DNA of 29,661 nucleotides, from the NCBI GenBank assembly GCA_041911835.1, contig JAYROD010000345.1, positions 1 through 29,661 on the forward strand, in the 5' to 3' direction. Source of the stretch: Fimbriimonadaceae bacterium. GTDB lineage: Bacteria; Armatimonadota; Fimbriimonadia; Fimbriimonadales; Fimbriimonadaceae. Both the position numbers and the translations under genes were made by a program. Positions 1-7,788 of this stretch are shown here, in pieces; position 1 is the first letter of the stretch, and every line of letters starts with the position of its first letter. The notes beneath the pieces were generated by a model. That model was not told the DNA's origin. It searched no databases and saw only the letters and a program-made list of their open reading frames with translations.

Positions 1-303
1 AACGAACTGCCAGATCTGATCACCAGACGCACAATCGATTGCCCGCAGATGATCGCCGCATGCCAAATAGAGTGTCCGGCCGTCCGGGGAGAAGGCCGCG
101 GCGCGGAGCCGCTCAGTGGGGCGCACTTTTTCGTCGGCGCTGCGGAAATCGAACGAATGAACGGGTGATAGGTCCTTCCAGAGCTTGACGCGTCGCTCTG
201 TGTCGCCGGTGACCATCCATTGGCCATTGGGCGAAAATGCGACAGTCATGACGGGCGCGTCATGTGCGGGAACGACACTGGGCTGAGTAATTTGTCGGGT
301 CAT
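1..303 (-). CDS. WD40/beta-propeller repeat protein, N-terminal part (runs off the window edge)
   Basis: Not in the ORF track. Manual translation from ATG at 303 gives MTRQITQPSVVPAHDAPVMTVAFSPNGQWMVTGDTERRVKLWKD...RAAAFSPDGRTLYLACGDHLRAIDCASGDQIWQFV with no stop. It has two WD40-like repeats (H..V..VAFSPNG...TG....VKLW). AAGGA RBS lies upstream. Confidence 0.85.
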   Translation of the reverse strand, partial: MTRQITQPSVVPAHDAPVMTVAFSPNGQWMVTGDTERRVKLWKDLSPVHSFDFRSADEKVRPTERLRAAAFSPDGRTLYLACGDHLRAIDCASGDQIWQFV

Positions 304-351
304 CGCTGCTGTCCTTGGATTCTTATACTTTAGCAGCGAGCGAATCGATTC

Positions 352-858
352 CTAAGGACTCGATTTTGGGGCGGACGCCTCGACCTGGATCGCCAAACTC
401 AGCTTCGAGGCACGCTCTGGTTTCATTTGCGAGAGCAGGGAAGCGGCTTTTTCGACGTCCATGAACGCAAGCACGCGGGCAAGTTCGGGATCTTTCCACT
501 GGTCGACCATCGGCAGCAATTTGTCCGTCTGAATCGAATTCCAAAGTTTTGCGATCTTCTTGGCCCCGCGATCCCAGTCTGGCTTGGGTGTATCACTCGG
601 TTTTGGCGCTGCAGCAGCCTGCTGGCTCTTCGTTTCCTTTGGAGGCACGGGCTTCTCAGGTGGAGCGGCGTTTGCCGACGGATCGATCTTCTTTTCAGAA
701 GCGGTTTGGGCCACTTGGCCCGAGCCTTCGCCATAGGGAAGCGGTGGCTTCTTTTTCTCCGGGCTCAGCCCGGGGATCGAAATGATGCCGCTCATGGCTG
801 CGCCGACGACTCCTCCGATCAGGGCAAGTGGGACGAGGATCATCACGACTTTGTTCAT
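352..858 (-). CDS. YlxF/FlbB/MotE-like flagellar motor accessory protein (N-terminal TM, Pro/Lys-rich linker, MgtE N-terminal-like helical domain)
   Basis: Hydrophobic N-terminus. C-terminal KIAKLWNSIQTDKLLPMV...LARVLAFMDVEKAASLLSQMKPERASKL is typical of this family. It is the last gene of the flgB operon, in the position of ylxF. Confidence 0.7.
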   Translation of the reverse strand: MNKVVMILVPLALIGGVVGAAMSGIISIPGLSPEKKKPPLPYGEGSGQVAQTASEKKIDPSANAAPPEKPVPPKETKSQQAAAAPKPSDTPKPDWDRGAKKIAKLWNSIQTDKLLPMVDQWKDPELARVLAFMDVEKAASLLSQMKPERASKLSLAIQVEASAPKSSP

Positions 859-861
859 CGT

Positions 862-1470
862 TTAGCTTCCACCCTTGAGCGCGGCAGCACGGGCCATCAC
901 TTTCTCGACGTAACGCTGCGTTTCAGCGAATGGCGGGACGCCCCGATATTTCTGCACCGCGCCGGGCCCCGCGTTGTAGGCGGCAAGCGCGAGCCTTGTG
1001 TCTCCGAATTTGTTGAGCATTTGGCCCAAATAGCGCGCTCCGGCCTGAAGACTCTGTGCTGGATCGAACGGGTTCGACACTCCAAGCAACCGAGCCGTCT
1101 CTGGCATCAATTGGGCCAGCCCCTTTGCGCCCGCGCTCGACACCGATTGGGGATTGTAGCTGCTCTCTACGCCGATGAGGGCTTCGAAGAGCTGAGGATC
1201 CACGTTGGCGGAGGCCGCTGCCTGCTGAATCAGACCCTTCATCTCCGCGGGAGCGCTTGGAGCATCGACGTGGAGGCCTGGGCCAAAGGGGTTCATGGGG
1301 GCAAGGCCCCCTCCGCCTTTGCCGATGGGGCCGCTCAAGCCACCGGTATCTGAAACCGAAAATGCGCCTGGAGACGCGACGGTCTCCGGAGGTTTCAAGG
1401 CGTCGAGCTTCGCTTGGATCTCTTGGATCCTCTGTTGGATTCCTGACGGACCGAGGGGCTGAATTCTCAC
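862..1470 (-). CDS. Soluble lytic transglycosylase (SLT domain), flagellar-operon associated
   Basis: Motifs ALIGVESSYNP (catalytic Glu), SSAGAKGLAQLMP, ALAAYNAGPG and ETQRYV. Start reassigned to GTG at 1470, which overlaps the fliJ TGA as GTGA and follows a GAGGAG/AAAGG RBS. The track start is 1521. Confidence 0.92.
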   Translation of the reverse strand: MRIQPLGPSGIQQRIQEIQAKLDALKPPETVASPGAFSVSDTGGLSGPIGKGGGGLAPMNPFGPGLHVDAPSAPAEMKGLIQQAAASANVDPQLFEALIGVESSYNPQSVSSAGAKGLAQLMPETARLLGVSNPFDPAQSLQAGARYLGQMLNKFGDTRLALAAYNAGPGAVQKYRGVPPFAETQRYVEKVMARAAALKGGS

Positions 1471-1889
1471 GAAGCCTTTCTCCTCATCACTGCCCACTCG
1501 TCTAGCTGCTTTTGCTCCCAACGGTTGAATTCAAGGCTCCAATCCTTGAACTGCTTTTGACGCAGCTTCTCGAGCACTTCGGCATCCCGGCGCTTTCGCT
1601 CCCATTCTGCGCGCGCCGCTTCCTCTTCTTCCTTGAGCATGTCCGCAATAAACTTCAGATCGCGCTCTTCGTCGTCAAGGCGAACCAAGAAGCTTTCCAA
1701 CGTCCTTCGTTCCTGAAGGGTGGTGGCTTCGTGCGATAGCGCAATCGCGCGCTTCTTATGGAGTGCGATGATGGATTCTTGCGCTTGCCAATGCTTGGCT
1801 TGTGCCTCGAGGAAGGCTTCCTTCGCCCATTGTTCGACGAGCTTTCGATAGTCGAGTACGCGTTCCAAGCTAAATGCAAATTTACGCAT
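1467..1889 (-). CDS. fliJ: Flagellar export protein FliJ
   Basis: N-terminal MRKFAFSLERVLDYRK and C-terminal EVLEKLRQKQ...EQKQLDE, coiled-coil. Directly downstream of fliI. Confidence 0.88.
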   Translation of the reverse strand: MRKFAFSLERVLDYRKLVEQWAKEAFLEAQAKHWQAQESIIALHKKRAIALSHEATTLQERRTLESFLVRLDDEERDLKFIADMLKEEEEAARAEWERKRRDAEVLEKLRQKQFKDWSLEFNRWEQKQLDEWAVMRRKAS

Positions 1890-3183
1890 CGATCAGCTCC
1901 TTAAGCTGCCGAACCGTATCAGAAAACTCGGCCCGCTGATCTTTGGCTTGGCGGAGGAACGCATTCACATCGGGCCATCGTTCCAGCGCCTTATCGGCAA
2001 TCGGTTTGGCGCCTGGCTTGTAGGCTCCGATGCTTACGAGATCTTCCACTTCGTCGTATGCGGAGATCAATTCTCTCAGACCATTCGACCAATTGACATG
2101 CTCGCCGGAAACGACCATCGGCATCGTTCGGCTGAGGCTCTCTTGGACGTCGATCGGCGGGTAGTGGCCCTTGGAAGTGAGCTTCCGATTGAGAACGATG
2201 TGTCCGTCCAAAATGGATCGTGACGTGTCGGCGATCGGCTCGCTGGTGTCGTCACCTTCGACGAGAATCGTATAGATGGCTGTAATCGAACCTTTGCTGC
2301 TGCAGCCTGCGCGTTCCATCAGTCGAGGAAGGATGGCGAAAACCGATGGTGTGTAGCCTTTCGTGCTGGGAGGTTCCCCAATCGCGAGGCCGACCTCTCG
2401 CTGCGCCATGGCGAATCGCGTCACGCTGTCCATCATCAGGAGCACATTAAGTCCCTGATCGCGGAAGTACTCAGCGATCGCCGTAGCTGTGAACGCCGCC
2501 TTGATCCGAACGAGAGCCGGCTCATCGCTGGTCGCGCAGATAATAACGCTCTTCCGCAAACCCTCATCGCCAAGATCGTTTTGAATGAATTCCTTGACCT
2601 CGCGGCCGCGTTCGCCAACCAGCGCGATCACATTGACATCCGCTTCTCCATTGCGAGCGATCATGCCGAGCAAAGTGCTCTTGCCGACTCCGGAGCCGGC
2701 GAAAATCCCCATGCGCTGCCCCTCCCCCATCGTCAGCGTTCCGTCGATCGCGCGAACGCCAGTAAGGAACGGCCGGTTGATCATCTTCCGCTGAAGCGCA
2801 TTTGGAGGCTGAGCGGATGCAGGGTAAGTCAGGTGGGTATCCAATGCGCCAAGGCCATCCATCGGCCGCCCAAGCCCGTCGAGCGTTCTGCCCAAAAGCG
2901 CTTCTCCGACCGGGATCTTGAGGCAGGAGCCGGTCGCTCGCACGAGGCAGCCGGCGCGAATTCCGGAGATCTCCCCCAAGGGAAGCAAGAGCGCGAGGTC
3001 GTTTCGAAAGCCGACAACCTCGGCTTGAACTGACTCTCGGTCGAGGCCTTCGATGATGCAAACGTCTCCAATGCGGGACTTCAGTCCACTTGCCTCGATG
3101 GTCAATCCAACGACCTGAGTCACTCGACCCAACACGTCTATCAACTGCAGGCCTTCGACCTTCTCTCGCAGGGCGTCGATCAT
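1882..3183 (-). CDS. fliI: Flagellar export ATPase FliI
   Basis: Walker A GIFAGSGVGKS, IGERGREV-like VGERGREV, Walker B LLMMDSVTR, KGYTPSVF and DGHIVL. Operon context. Confidence 0.97.
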   Translation of the reverse strand: MIDALREKVEGLQLIDVLGRVTQVVGLTIEASGLKSRIGDVCIIEGLDRESVQAEVVGFRNDLALLLPLGEISGIRAGCLVRATGSCLKIPVGEALLGRTLDGLGRPMDGLGALDTHLTYPASAQPPNALQRKMINRPFLTGVRAIDGTLTMGEGQRMGIFAGSGVGKSTLLGMIARNGEADVNVIALVGERGREVKEFIQNDLGDEGLRKSVIICATSDEPALVRIKAAFTATAIAEYFRDQGLNVLLMMDSVTRFAMAQREVGLAIGEPPSTKGYTPSVFAILPRLMERAGCSSKGSITAIYTILVEGDDTSEPIADTSRSILDGHIVLNRKLTSKGHYPPIDVQESLSRTMPMVVSGEHVNWSNGLRELISAYDEVEDLVSIGAYKPGAKPIADKALERWPDVNAFLRQAKDQRAEFSDTVRQLKELIDA

Positions 3184-3851
3184 GCGGCGGCTCCGGCAAC
3201 TGCGGCAACTTTGGCGAGCATCTGTTCAACGCGCGCGTCGACGGCTCCGCCATCGGTTTCGATGAGGCATCCGCCTCGGAACGACGGGTCGGTCGAGATT
3301 TCGATCGTCCTCAATCCTTGCACCGATCGCACCAATTCAGGAAGTCTCGATTCGATAGTCGCCGAGTCCGACGGATTCACATGGAGCGTCAACGATTGCG
3401 TGGGGATGATCTCACTGAGAGCGGCCTTCGCGATCGATACCACGCTGTCATGTCCGAGGGTCAATTCCTGATGCAAGATCCTCTCAGCGATGATGACGGC
3501 TAACGCCGAGAGCTCGGATTCCAACCGAAGCAAGAACTCCGGCATCCGCTCCTCGATAGAAGCCACGAATCGATCCAGTCTTTGGGCGAATTGATCGGCT
3601 TCCGCCTGATACCGTTCTCGCTCCTCCTCGAGCGCTTCTTCTCGCCCTGCGGCGAGCCCTGCGGCATAACCTTCGATTTGGCCGGCCGCATAGCCTTCCT
3701 GCCACGCCATGGATCGCTGACCGCCCGACGTGTGGGATCGTTTCTGCGTTGCGCGCAGCAACTGTGCTTGCTCGGCGCTGATGGGTTTAAGTACGGCGTC
3801 GTAGGAGGTGACTGCCGCATCTTCGGCCCGCTGGAGCGCTCGCCTAGACAA
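3180..3851 (-). CDS. fliH: Flagellar assembly protein FliH
   Basis: GxxxG repeats (EGYAAGQIEGYAAGLAAG), LHVNPSD, and GGCLIETDGGAVDARVE. Start reassigned to TTG at 3851, after GAGGAGGAAG and overlapping the fliG stop. The track start is 3875. Confidence 0.9.
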   Translation of the reverse strand: MSRRALQRAEDAAVTSYDAVLKPISAEQAQLLRATQKRSHTSGGQRSMAWQEGYAAGQIEGYAAGLAAGREEALEEERERYQAEADQFAQRLDRFVASIEERMPEFLLRLESELSALAVIIAERILHQELTLGHDSVVSIAKAALSEIIPTQSLTLHVNPSDSATIESRLPELVRSVQGLRTIEISTDPSFRGGCLIETDGGAVDARVEQMLAKVAAVAGAAA

Positions 3852-4854
3852 GCACTTCCTCCTCGCCTCGGCCAATGGAGATCTCGCCGTTTTCTTCCAA
3901 CCTTCTGATTACGGCGACGATCTTTTGTTGGGCCTCTTCGACCGTCCTGATCTTGACGGGACCCATAAACTCCATGTCTTCTTTCAGCATGCCTACGGCC
4001 CGCTCCGACATGTTGCCGAAGATCTTTTCCTGCACTTCGACTGCGACGCCCTTGAGCGCGGTGGCGAGGTCCTTGACATCGACCTCTTTAAGGACTTGCT
4101 GCACGGCGCGGTCATCGATTTGAACGATGTCTTCGAACACGAACATCATGTTTTTCACCGTGTCCGCCAGTTCGGGATTGTTCTCGCTCAGCGACTCGAT
4201 AATGAGGCGCTCGGTGGATCGATCGACCCTATTCAACAGGTCGACGAGCGCTTTCGGGCCACCGGCTTTCGTCATTTCGTGGCTGATGAGGCTAGAGACT
4301 TTTTTCTCGAGCACTTGCTCGACGCGACGGACGACCTCAGGCGGAGTCTGGTCCATCATCGCAATCCGTTCGGCGACTTCCGCACGCATCTCTTGGCTGA
4401 GCTTCGAGATGACCTGCGCGGCTTGGCTTACTGGGAGATAGGCCAGGATCAACGCGATTGTCTGGGGATGCTCGTCCTGGATAAAACTCAAGAGCTGCTG
4501 TGGATCGGCCTTCTTGAGAAATTCGAACGGGACGACCTGCATCGCCGAGGTGATTTTGTCGATAATCTCTACGGCTTTTTCACCGCCGAACGCCGCTTCG
4601 AGGACCTGCTTCGCGTGGCCCACACCGCCCTCGGCGATGTAGTCCTGAGCGACGGCCATGTCGTGGAATTCATTGATGATCGCTTCCCGCTGCTCGGGGC
4701 TGACGCGGTCGAGGCGGGCCACTTCAAGGGACAATTGCTCGACGTAATCTTGGTCGAAATTCTGAATAATCTTCGCAGCAATCTCTGGGCCCAAAAGCGT
4801 GAGCATCACGGCGGCCTTTCGGCGGTTGCTGAGTTCGTGAAGGGCTTTTCTCAT
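3844..4854 (-). CDS. fliG: Flagellar motor switch protein FliG
   Basis: KAAVMLTLLG, EHPQTIALILAYL, MFVFEDI, LATALKG and MSERAV...LKEDMEFMGPV motifs. ATGA overlap with fliF. Confidence 0.97.
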   Translation of the reverse strand: MRKALHELSNRRKAAVMLTLLGPEIAAKIIQNFDQDYVEQLSLEVARLDRVSPEQREAIINEFHDMAVAQDYIAEGGVGHAKQVLEAAFGGEKAVEIIDKITSAMQVVPFEFLKKADPQQLLSFIQDEHPQTIALILAYLPVSQAAQVISKLSQEMRAEVAERIAMMDQTPPEVVRRVEQVLEKKVSSLISHEMTKAGGPKALVDLLNRVDRSTERLIIESLSENNPELADTVKNMMFVFEDIVQIDDRAVQQVLKEVDVKDLATALKGVAVEVQEKIFGNMSERAVGMLKEDMEFMGPVKIRTVEEAQQKIVAVIRRLEENGEISIGRGEEEVLV

Positions 4855-6521
4855 CGTCGCTCATCCAACATCCAGCTCTTCAAGAGCATGGCTACGGTAT
4901 CCGGTCGATCGAGCGCCATCTTCTTCAGCTGCTCGAGCGGAATGTTCACCTTTGCCGCAATCGCATCGACGTGCTCCGGCATGCCTTGGCTTTGGTTGAA
5001 GATGATCGCAGGCATCGGGCCGTCGTTCCCAGGAAGTGCACTTTGGCGACGCTCATAGTTCTCTGGCATAGCATTGTCGCTCGATGGGGCCATGGACATC
5101 GGCATCGTCGAGCCGCCAGGTAGCGCGGCCACCATCACATTGGAACTTTTCGCCGCCTTGGTGATCGACTTGACGACCATGAAGCCGACGATAAGGAGCG
5201 CCACGATCGGCAGGATCGAAATGGCCTGTTGGATCTTGTCCCGTCCCGCCGCCGCCGCGGTCGCCGCATCGACGGCCTTCTTGGATTCTTGATCAAACGG
5301 AACCGTTGTCACATTGGCGCGGAAATTCGGGTCGTCCTTCTTGGGGCCGAGATATCCATCGACGAACGCTTGTATCTTCGAGGCGTCGGGATACTTGGAC
5401 TCGTTGACCAGCACGTTGACGGTCATCTGGGTCACGTCTCCGGGGGCGGCCTCCTCGATCGTGTGCGTCTCGTTGACGCCGTACTGTTCAGAAACTTGCT
5501 TGCCCTGATATTTGGGATCGGATGTGGTTGGGCTGAGGCCCGCTGGCTGGGAACCTGGAGCTCCCGGCGTCGTGCCGCCCGGATTGAAACCTGCGACACC
5601 ACCAGCCGCTGCTCCTGAATTGCCGTTCATCGTTTCATCGTTCATCTCGCGGCTGATCGGGCTCTCAGAAGGCGTACTTTCGTGTTTGTCGATGGTCTTG
5701 CGATCGTAATTGAGCACCACGTTCACCATGGCGAGGGTATTGCCTGGACCGAACGCGGCATCCATTTTCTGCTGGAGCTCTCGTTCTCGGCGTCGACCTT
5801 CGGCGATTTCAGCTTCGACTTTCCTCTGTGCGCCGCCTCCCGCGCCATCTTCCGATGCGCCATCGAAAACGACCATGCCTCGAGTGCTGCTGAGGACCGT
5901 GACGTTCTTCGATTCGAGTCCAGGAACCGAGTTCTGGACCAGCATGGCTATGGCGCGCGCCTCATCAGGCCCCAAACCGCCGCCGCCGGTTTCTGCGATC
6001 GTGACGCTTGCGGTTGCGGGGCTCTTCTCAACCTCGAACGGAGAACTGGAGAGGAGCACGAGGTGTACGCGAGCGCCGCTGACGCCGGCCATGGACTCGA
6101 TCGACTTCTCAAGCTCGCCTTCAAGCACGGCCTTGAGCCGCTCACGCTCGACGCTCGGAGTGGTCATCATCCCCAGTTTTTCCAGGTCGGCATTGCCGGC
6201 GTGACCCGAGCTTGGCAGCTTCTTTGCGAGCGCGAGCTTGGATTGGGCGGCGGCGACTTGATCGCTGGGCACGAAGACGTTGCCCTTCGCATCGATCTCG
6301 GTTTGAATGCCCTGCTTGCGGAGTTCGTCGTTGATCAAGCCCTGGTCGGCGGGGGAAAGCCCACCATAGAGCATGTCCATCTTAGGCCTGCTGGCAAAAA
6401 GCAGCGTGCCTCCGACGAGGACGACCAAAAACGCGCTCCCAAAGATCGTGACGACCCTCTGGGTGCGGTCGGCAGTTTCCCACCAAGTTCGTATTCTCAG
6501 TATTAGCGATCCCATAGACAA
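4851..6521 (-). CDS. fliF: Flagellar MS-ring protein FliF
   Basis: N-terminal TM, LEGELEKSIESM..V..ARVHLV, PATASV, LVQNSVPGL....V, second TM near the C-terminus, and terminal PDTVAMLLKSWM. TTG at 6521 fits the RBS spacing; ATG at 6515 is an alternative. Confidence 0.95.
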   Translation of the reverse strand: MSMGSLILRIRTWWETADRTQRVVTIFGSAFLVVLVGGTLLFASRPKMDMLYGGLSPADQGLINDELRKQGIQTEIDAKGNVFVPSDQVAAAQSKLALAKKLPSSGHAGNADLEKLGMMTTPSVERERLKAVLEGELEKSIESMAGVSGARVHLVLLSSSPFEVEKSPATASVTIAETGGGGLGPDEARAIAMLVQNSVPGLESKNVTVLSSTRGMVVFDGASEDGAGGGAQRKVEAEIAEGRRRERELQQKMDAAFGPGNTLAMVNVVLNYDRKTIDKHESTPSESPISREMNDETMNGNSGAAAGGVAGFNPGGTTPGAPGSQPAGLSPTTSDPKYQGKQVSEQYGVNETHTIEEAAPGDVTQMTVNVLVNESKYPDASKIQAFVDGYLGPKKDDPNFRANVTTVPFDQESKKAVDAATAAAAGRDKIQQAISILPIVALLIVGFMVVKSITKAAKSSNVMVAALPGGSTMPMSMAPSSDNAMPENYERRQSALPGNDGPMPAIIFNQSQGMPEHVDAIAAKVNIPLEQLKKMALDRPDTVAMLLKSWMLDERR

Positions 6522-6567
6522 TCGTTAGTCCGTAGGATGCTCACAATCGTATTCAGTTATCGGATAA

Positions 6568-6864
6568 CTAAACCTGCATTCGCATGACTTCTTGGTATGC
6601 CTCCAGCAATTTGTTCCTCACCTGCATCGTGAGCTGCAACGTCATGCTGGCGCGTTCCATCGCGATCATTACATCGTGAACATCTATCGGTTGACCCGTC
6701 ATGAAAGCGTTTTGCTTCGCAATAGAGTCTTGCTGCGAAGCGTTCACATCCTTCAGGACGTCCATCAACGTTTTGCCGAAGTCTTCACCCTTCTGGGAAG
6801 AAGATTCGACCTTCGATAGTGGCGCCTTATGCGTTATAGAAGCTGAGATCGGATCGATTGCCAT
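6568..6864 (-). CDS. fliE: Flagellar hook-basal body protein FliE
   Basis: DVHDVMIAMERASMTLQLTMQVRNKLLEAYQEVMRMQV is the canonical FliE C-terminus. Confidence 0.97.
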   Translation of the reverse strand: MAIDPISASITHKAPLSKVESSSQKGEDFGKTLMDVLKDVNASQQDSIAKQNAFMTGQPIDVHDVMIAMERASMTLQLTMQVRNKLLEAYQEVMRMQV

Positions 6865-6869
6865 TTTGA

Positions 6870-7262
6870 TTACATCTTACCGATCGTCAGAGCACTCTTG
6901 ATCATGCTCTTTGCTGTGTTGAATGCGGCGATATTGGCCTCATAGGCTCTGCTCGCCGACATCATATCAACCATTTCTGAGATGGGCTGAATATTCGAGT
7001 GGTAAACCTTGCCGTCCTTGTCCGCGTAAGGCGAACCGGGTTCGTAACTGGCTTCAAGCGGCCGCTGGTCGATGTCGATCCCGGTGACTTGCACTCCATT
7101 CTCGTTGCCTTCCAGCCGAACCATGTGTCGCCGGTAAGGGTCTTGCGCCCCGGTCTTCACGGAATTGGCGTTAGCGATATTGACGGAAATCACATCCATC
7201 CTGAAGCGCTCGGCGGCCATTCCCGTCGAGCTAATCCGCATTGCTTGTCCAAGTGTCGGCAT
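6870..7262 (-). CDS. flgC: Flagellar basal-body rod protein FlgC
   Basis: SSTGMAAERFRMDVISVNIANANS, YEPGSPYADKDG.V, and EMVDMMSASRAYEANI. TAATG overlap with flgB. Confidence 0.97.
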   Translation of the reverse strand: MPTLGQAMRISSTGMAAERFRMDVISVNIANANSVKTGAQDPYRRHMVRLEGNENGVQVTGIDIDQRPLEASYEPGSPYADKDGKVYHSNIQPISEMVDMMSASRAYEANIAAFNTAKSMIKSALTIGKM

Positions 7263-7636
7263 TATTTACCTTCCCTAATCACGCTCTTCATGTTGGCGAA
7301 ATAGTTATTCGTCATCTCTGTCAGTACTTGGTAACGCGCTTCCGTCTCCGAAATGGAAAAAACTTCACGCTCGAGGTCGACGTTGTTGCCGTCCTTTCGC
7401 ATCTCGGTGTTTGAAGGAGAAGTCTCCTGCGAAGAGTCTTTGAGTCGCTGAAGCATGGATGGGCCATGAACCGCTTCGTCGAGAACGATGTTGAAATCGA
7501 TATCTTTACGCTTATATCCCGGCGTATTGACGTTGGCGAGATTGGCCATCAACAGCGATTGGCGCTGTGAGGTCTTTCCCAACGCACGCTGGATATTCTC
7601 GAGCTGCGATCCAAATAGGCTTTCTGATATTTGCAC
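7262..7636 (-). CDS. flgB: Flagellar basal-body rod protein FlgB
   Basis: ANLANVNTPGYKRKDIDF and RKDGNNVDLERE. Start reassigned to GTG at 7636 after a CAGGAA RBS. The track start is 7732. Confidence 0.95.
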   Translation of the reverse strand: MQISESLFGSQLENIQRALGKTSQRQSLLMANLANVNTPGYKRKDIDFNIVLDEAVHGPSMLQRLKDSSQETSPSNTEMRKDGNNVDLEREVFSISETEARYQVLTEMTNNYFANMKSVIREGK

Positions 7637-7722
7637 GGCTAATTCCTGCCGCGCATCCTTTCGCTTCCAACGAGCCCGATCCTTGGGCCCGGTCGGACCA
7701 CCGCTGAGGTGGCCTATCATCT

Positions 7723-7749
7723 TTGTCGGCAAAGTTGCTGGGATTTGAA
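7723..7749 (-). promoter_or_regulatory. Possible sigma28 (FliA/SigD)-type promoter upstream of flgB
   Basis: Minus strand reads TTCAAatcccagcaacttt-GCCGACAA. The -10 differs from GCCGATAA at one position. The -35 (TTCA at 15 nt or TCAA at 14 nt) is a weak match to TAAA. Confidence 0.4.
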
Positions 7750-7788
7750 GGGCGCGACGGGGACATTTTCAAGCCATACTGCGTTCTA

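Noticed and set aside
3660-3700. Short near-repeat encoding EGYAAG twice in fliH
   Set aside because: Ordinary GxxxG/AxxxG repeat region of the FliH/YscL family.
7637-7725. c-di-GMP-I or -II riboswitch in the flgB leader
   Set aside because: It lacks the GCAAA/GAAA elements of class I and the kink-turn and pseudoknot sequences of class II. Kept only as a structured leader.
7637-7732. 32-codon N-terminal extension of FlgB in the track
   Set aside because: FlgB homology begins near GTG 7636, which has an RBS. The extension coincides with the structured leader and promoter.
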